A stretch of 64,000 bases of DNA from Bacillota bacterium (lineage in GTDB: Bacteria > Bacillota > DTU025). The notes below the pieces were generated by a model. That model worked only from the letters and a program-made list of their open reading frames with translations, was not told where the DNA came from and did not search any database. Position 1 is the first letter of the stretch; each line of letters begins with the position of its first letter. Position numbers and translations under genes: made by a program. Below, piece by piece: positions 63,576 to 64,000 of this stretch. Location: NCBI GenBank assembly GCA_050951805.1, contig JBMNJT010000002.1, positions 640,001-704,000 of the forward strand, written 5' to 3'.

Positions 63576-64000
63576 ATGAAGGGGCAGGCGCGAAGAAGAG
63601 CGATGTCTCTTGTGGTTTTGGCGGTGCTTCTGGTTTCAGCGGCCATTGTTGCGGAGGCCGCCGCGAAAAAGGTGAACCTGCAAGTTCATGGCAAGGTACG
63701 TTATGAGGGTTCCAAGGGCAGAACTATTGTAGAGGGCGGCCTGACCATACGGTATGACGACACTGTGATTACTGCGACGAACGCGGTTATAGACAATGCG
63801 GCTGAGACTGCCAAACTGACTGGCGGCGTTCTTTTAACGCAGAAGGATGTTGTACTCAATGCTGATGAGATGGATGTGGATCTCAAGAATGATACTGCTG
63901 TAGTGAAGGGAAATGTGAGGCTGGAAAAACGCGAGGAACAGGCGGAAAAGGACGAGTCCGGAAAGGCGAAGGTCTCTGTTGTGAAGATGACATGCAACAT
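63576..64000 (+). CDS. lptA: LptA/OstA-like periplasmic protein (runs off window end)
   Basis: Own translation MKGQARRRAMSLVVLAVLLVSAAIVAEA (signal), then I.A..A.ID....A.LTGGV.L.Q....ADEM..D.....A..KGNV jellyroll repeats. Confidence 0.78.
   Translation, partial: MKGQARRRAMSLVVLAVLLVSAAIVAEAAAKKVNLQVHGKVRYEGSKGRTIVEGGLTIRYDDTVITATNAVIDNAAETAKLTGGVLLTQKDVVLNADEMDVDLKNDTAVVKGNVRLEKREEQAEKDESGKAKVSVVKMTCN

Overview
Chromosomal window, about 55% GC, from an endospore-forming, diderm (outer-membrane-bearing) Bacillota, Limnochordia-like by gene content (inference). Most genes lie on the + strand, co-oriented with the rRNA operon. It opens with the end of an rrn operon (16S 3' part, tRNA-free ITS, 23S, 5S). 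Next come a minus-strand operon (two nitrilase-family genes, a PIG-L deacetylase and a GH125-like hydrolase), a DUF4015-type hydrolase, aspS, guaB, a DUF4384/PEGA exported protein, asnS and a 1538-aa TPR/FN3/discoidin surface protein with a 282-bp tandem repeat. These are followed by an FAD oxidoreductase, a gerA-type germination operon, an ABC-2 exporter preceded by a leader peptide and terminator, a GH31 glucosidase, a sigma28-promoter gene and an intact IS with a 9-bp target duplication. The conserved Bacillota block rpmE-tdk-prfA-prmC-sua5-ywlE-rpiB-upp-comEB-tagO-wecB-murA-spoIID-spoIIQ-spoIIID-mbl follows, lacking glyA and the atp operon. The window ends in an outer-membrane biogenesis cluster (S55 peptidase, TamB-like, bamA, skp, lptF/G, lptD-like, lptC, lptA). 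The most striking observation is one 1103-aa ORF fusing the inner-membrane LptF/G permease to an LptD-like outer-membrane translocon through an internal, apparently cleavable signal peptide, in a cluster with no lipid A genes at their usual place. All family calls are by motif recognition; no database searches were run.
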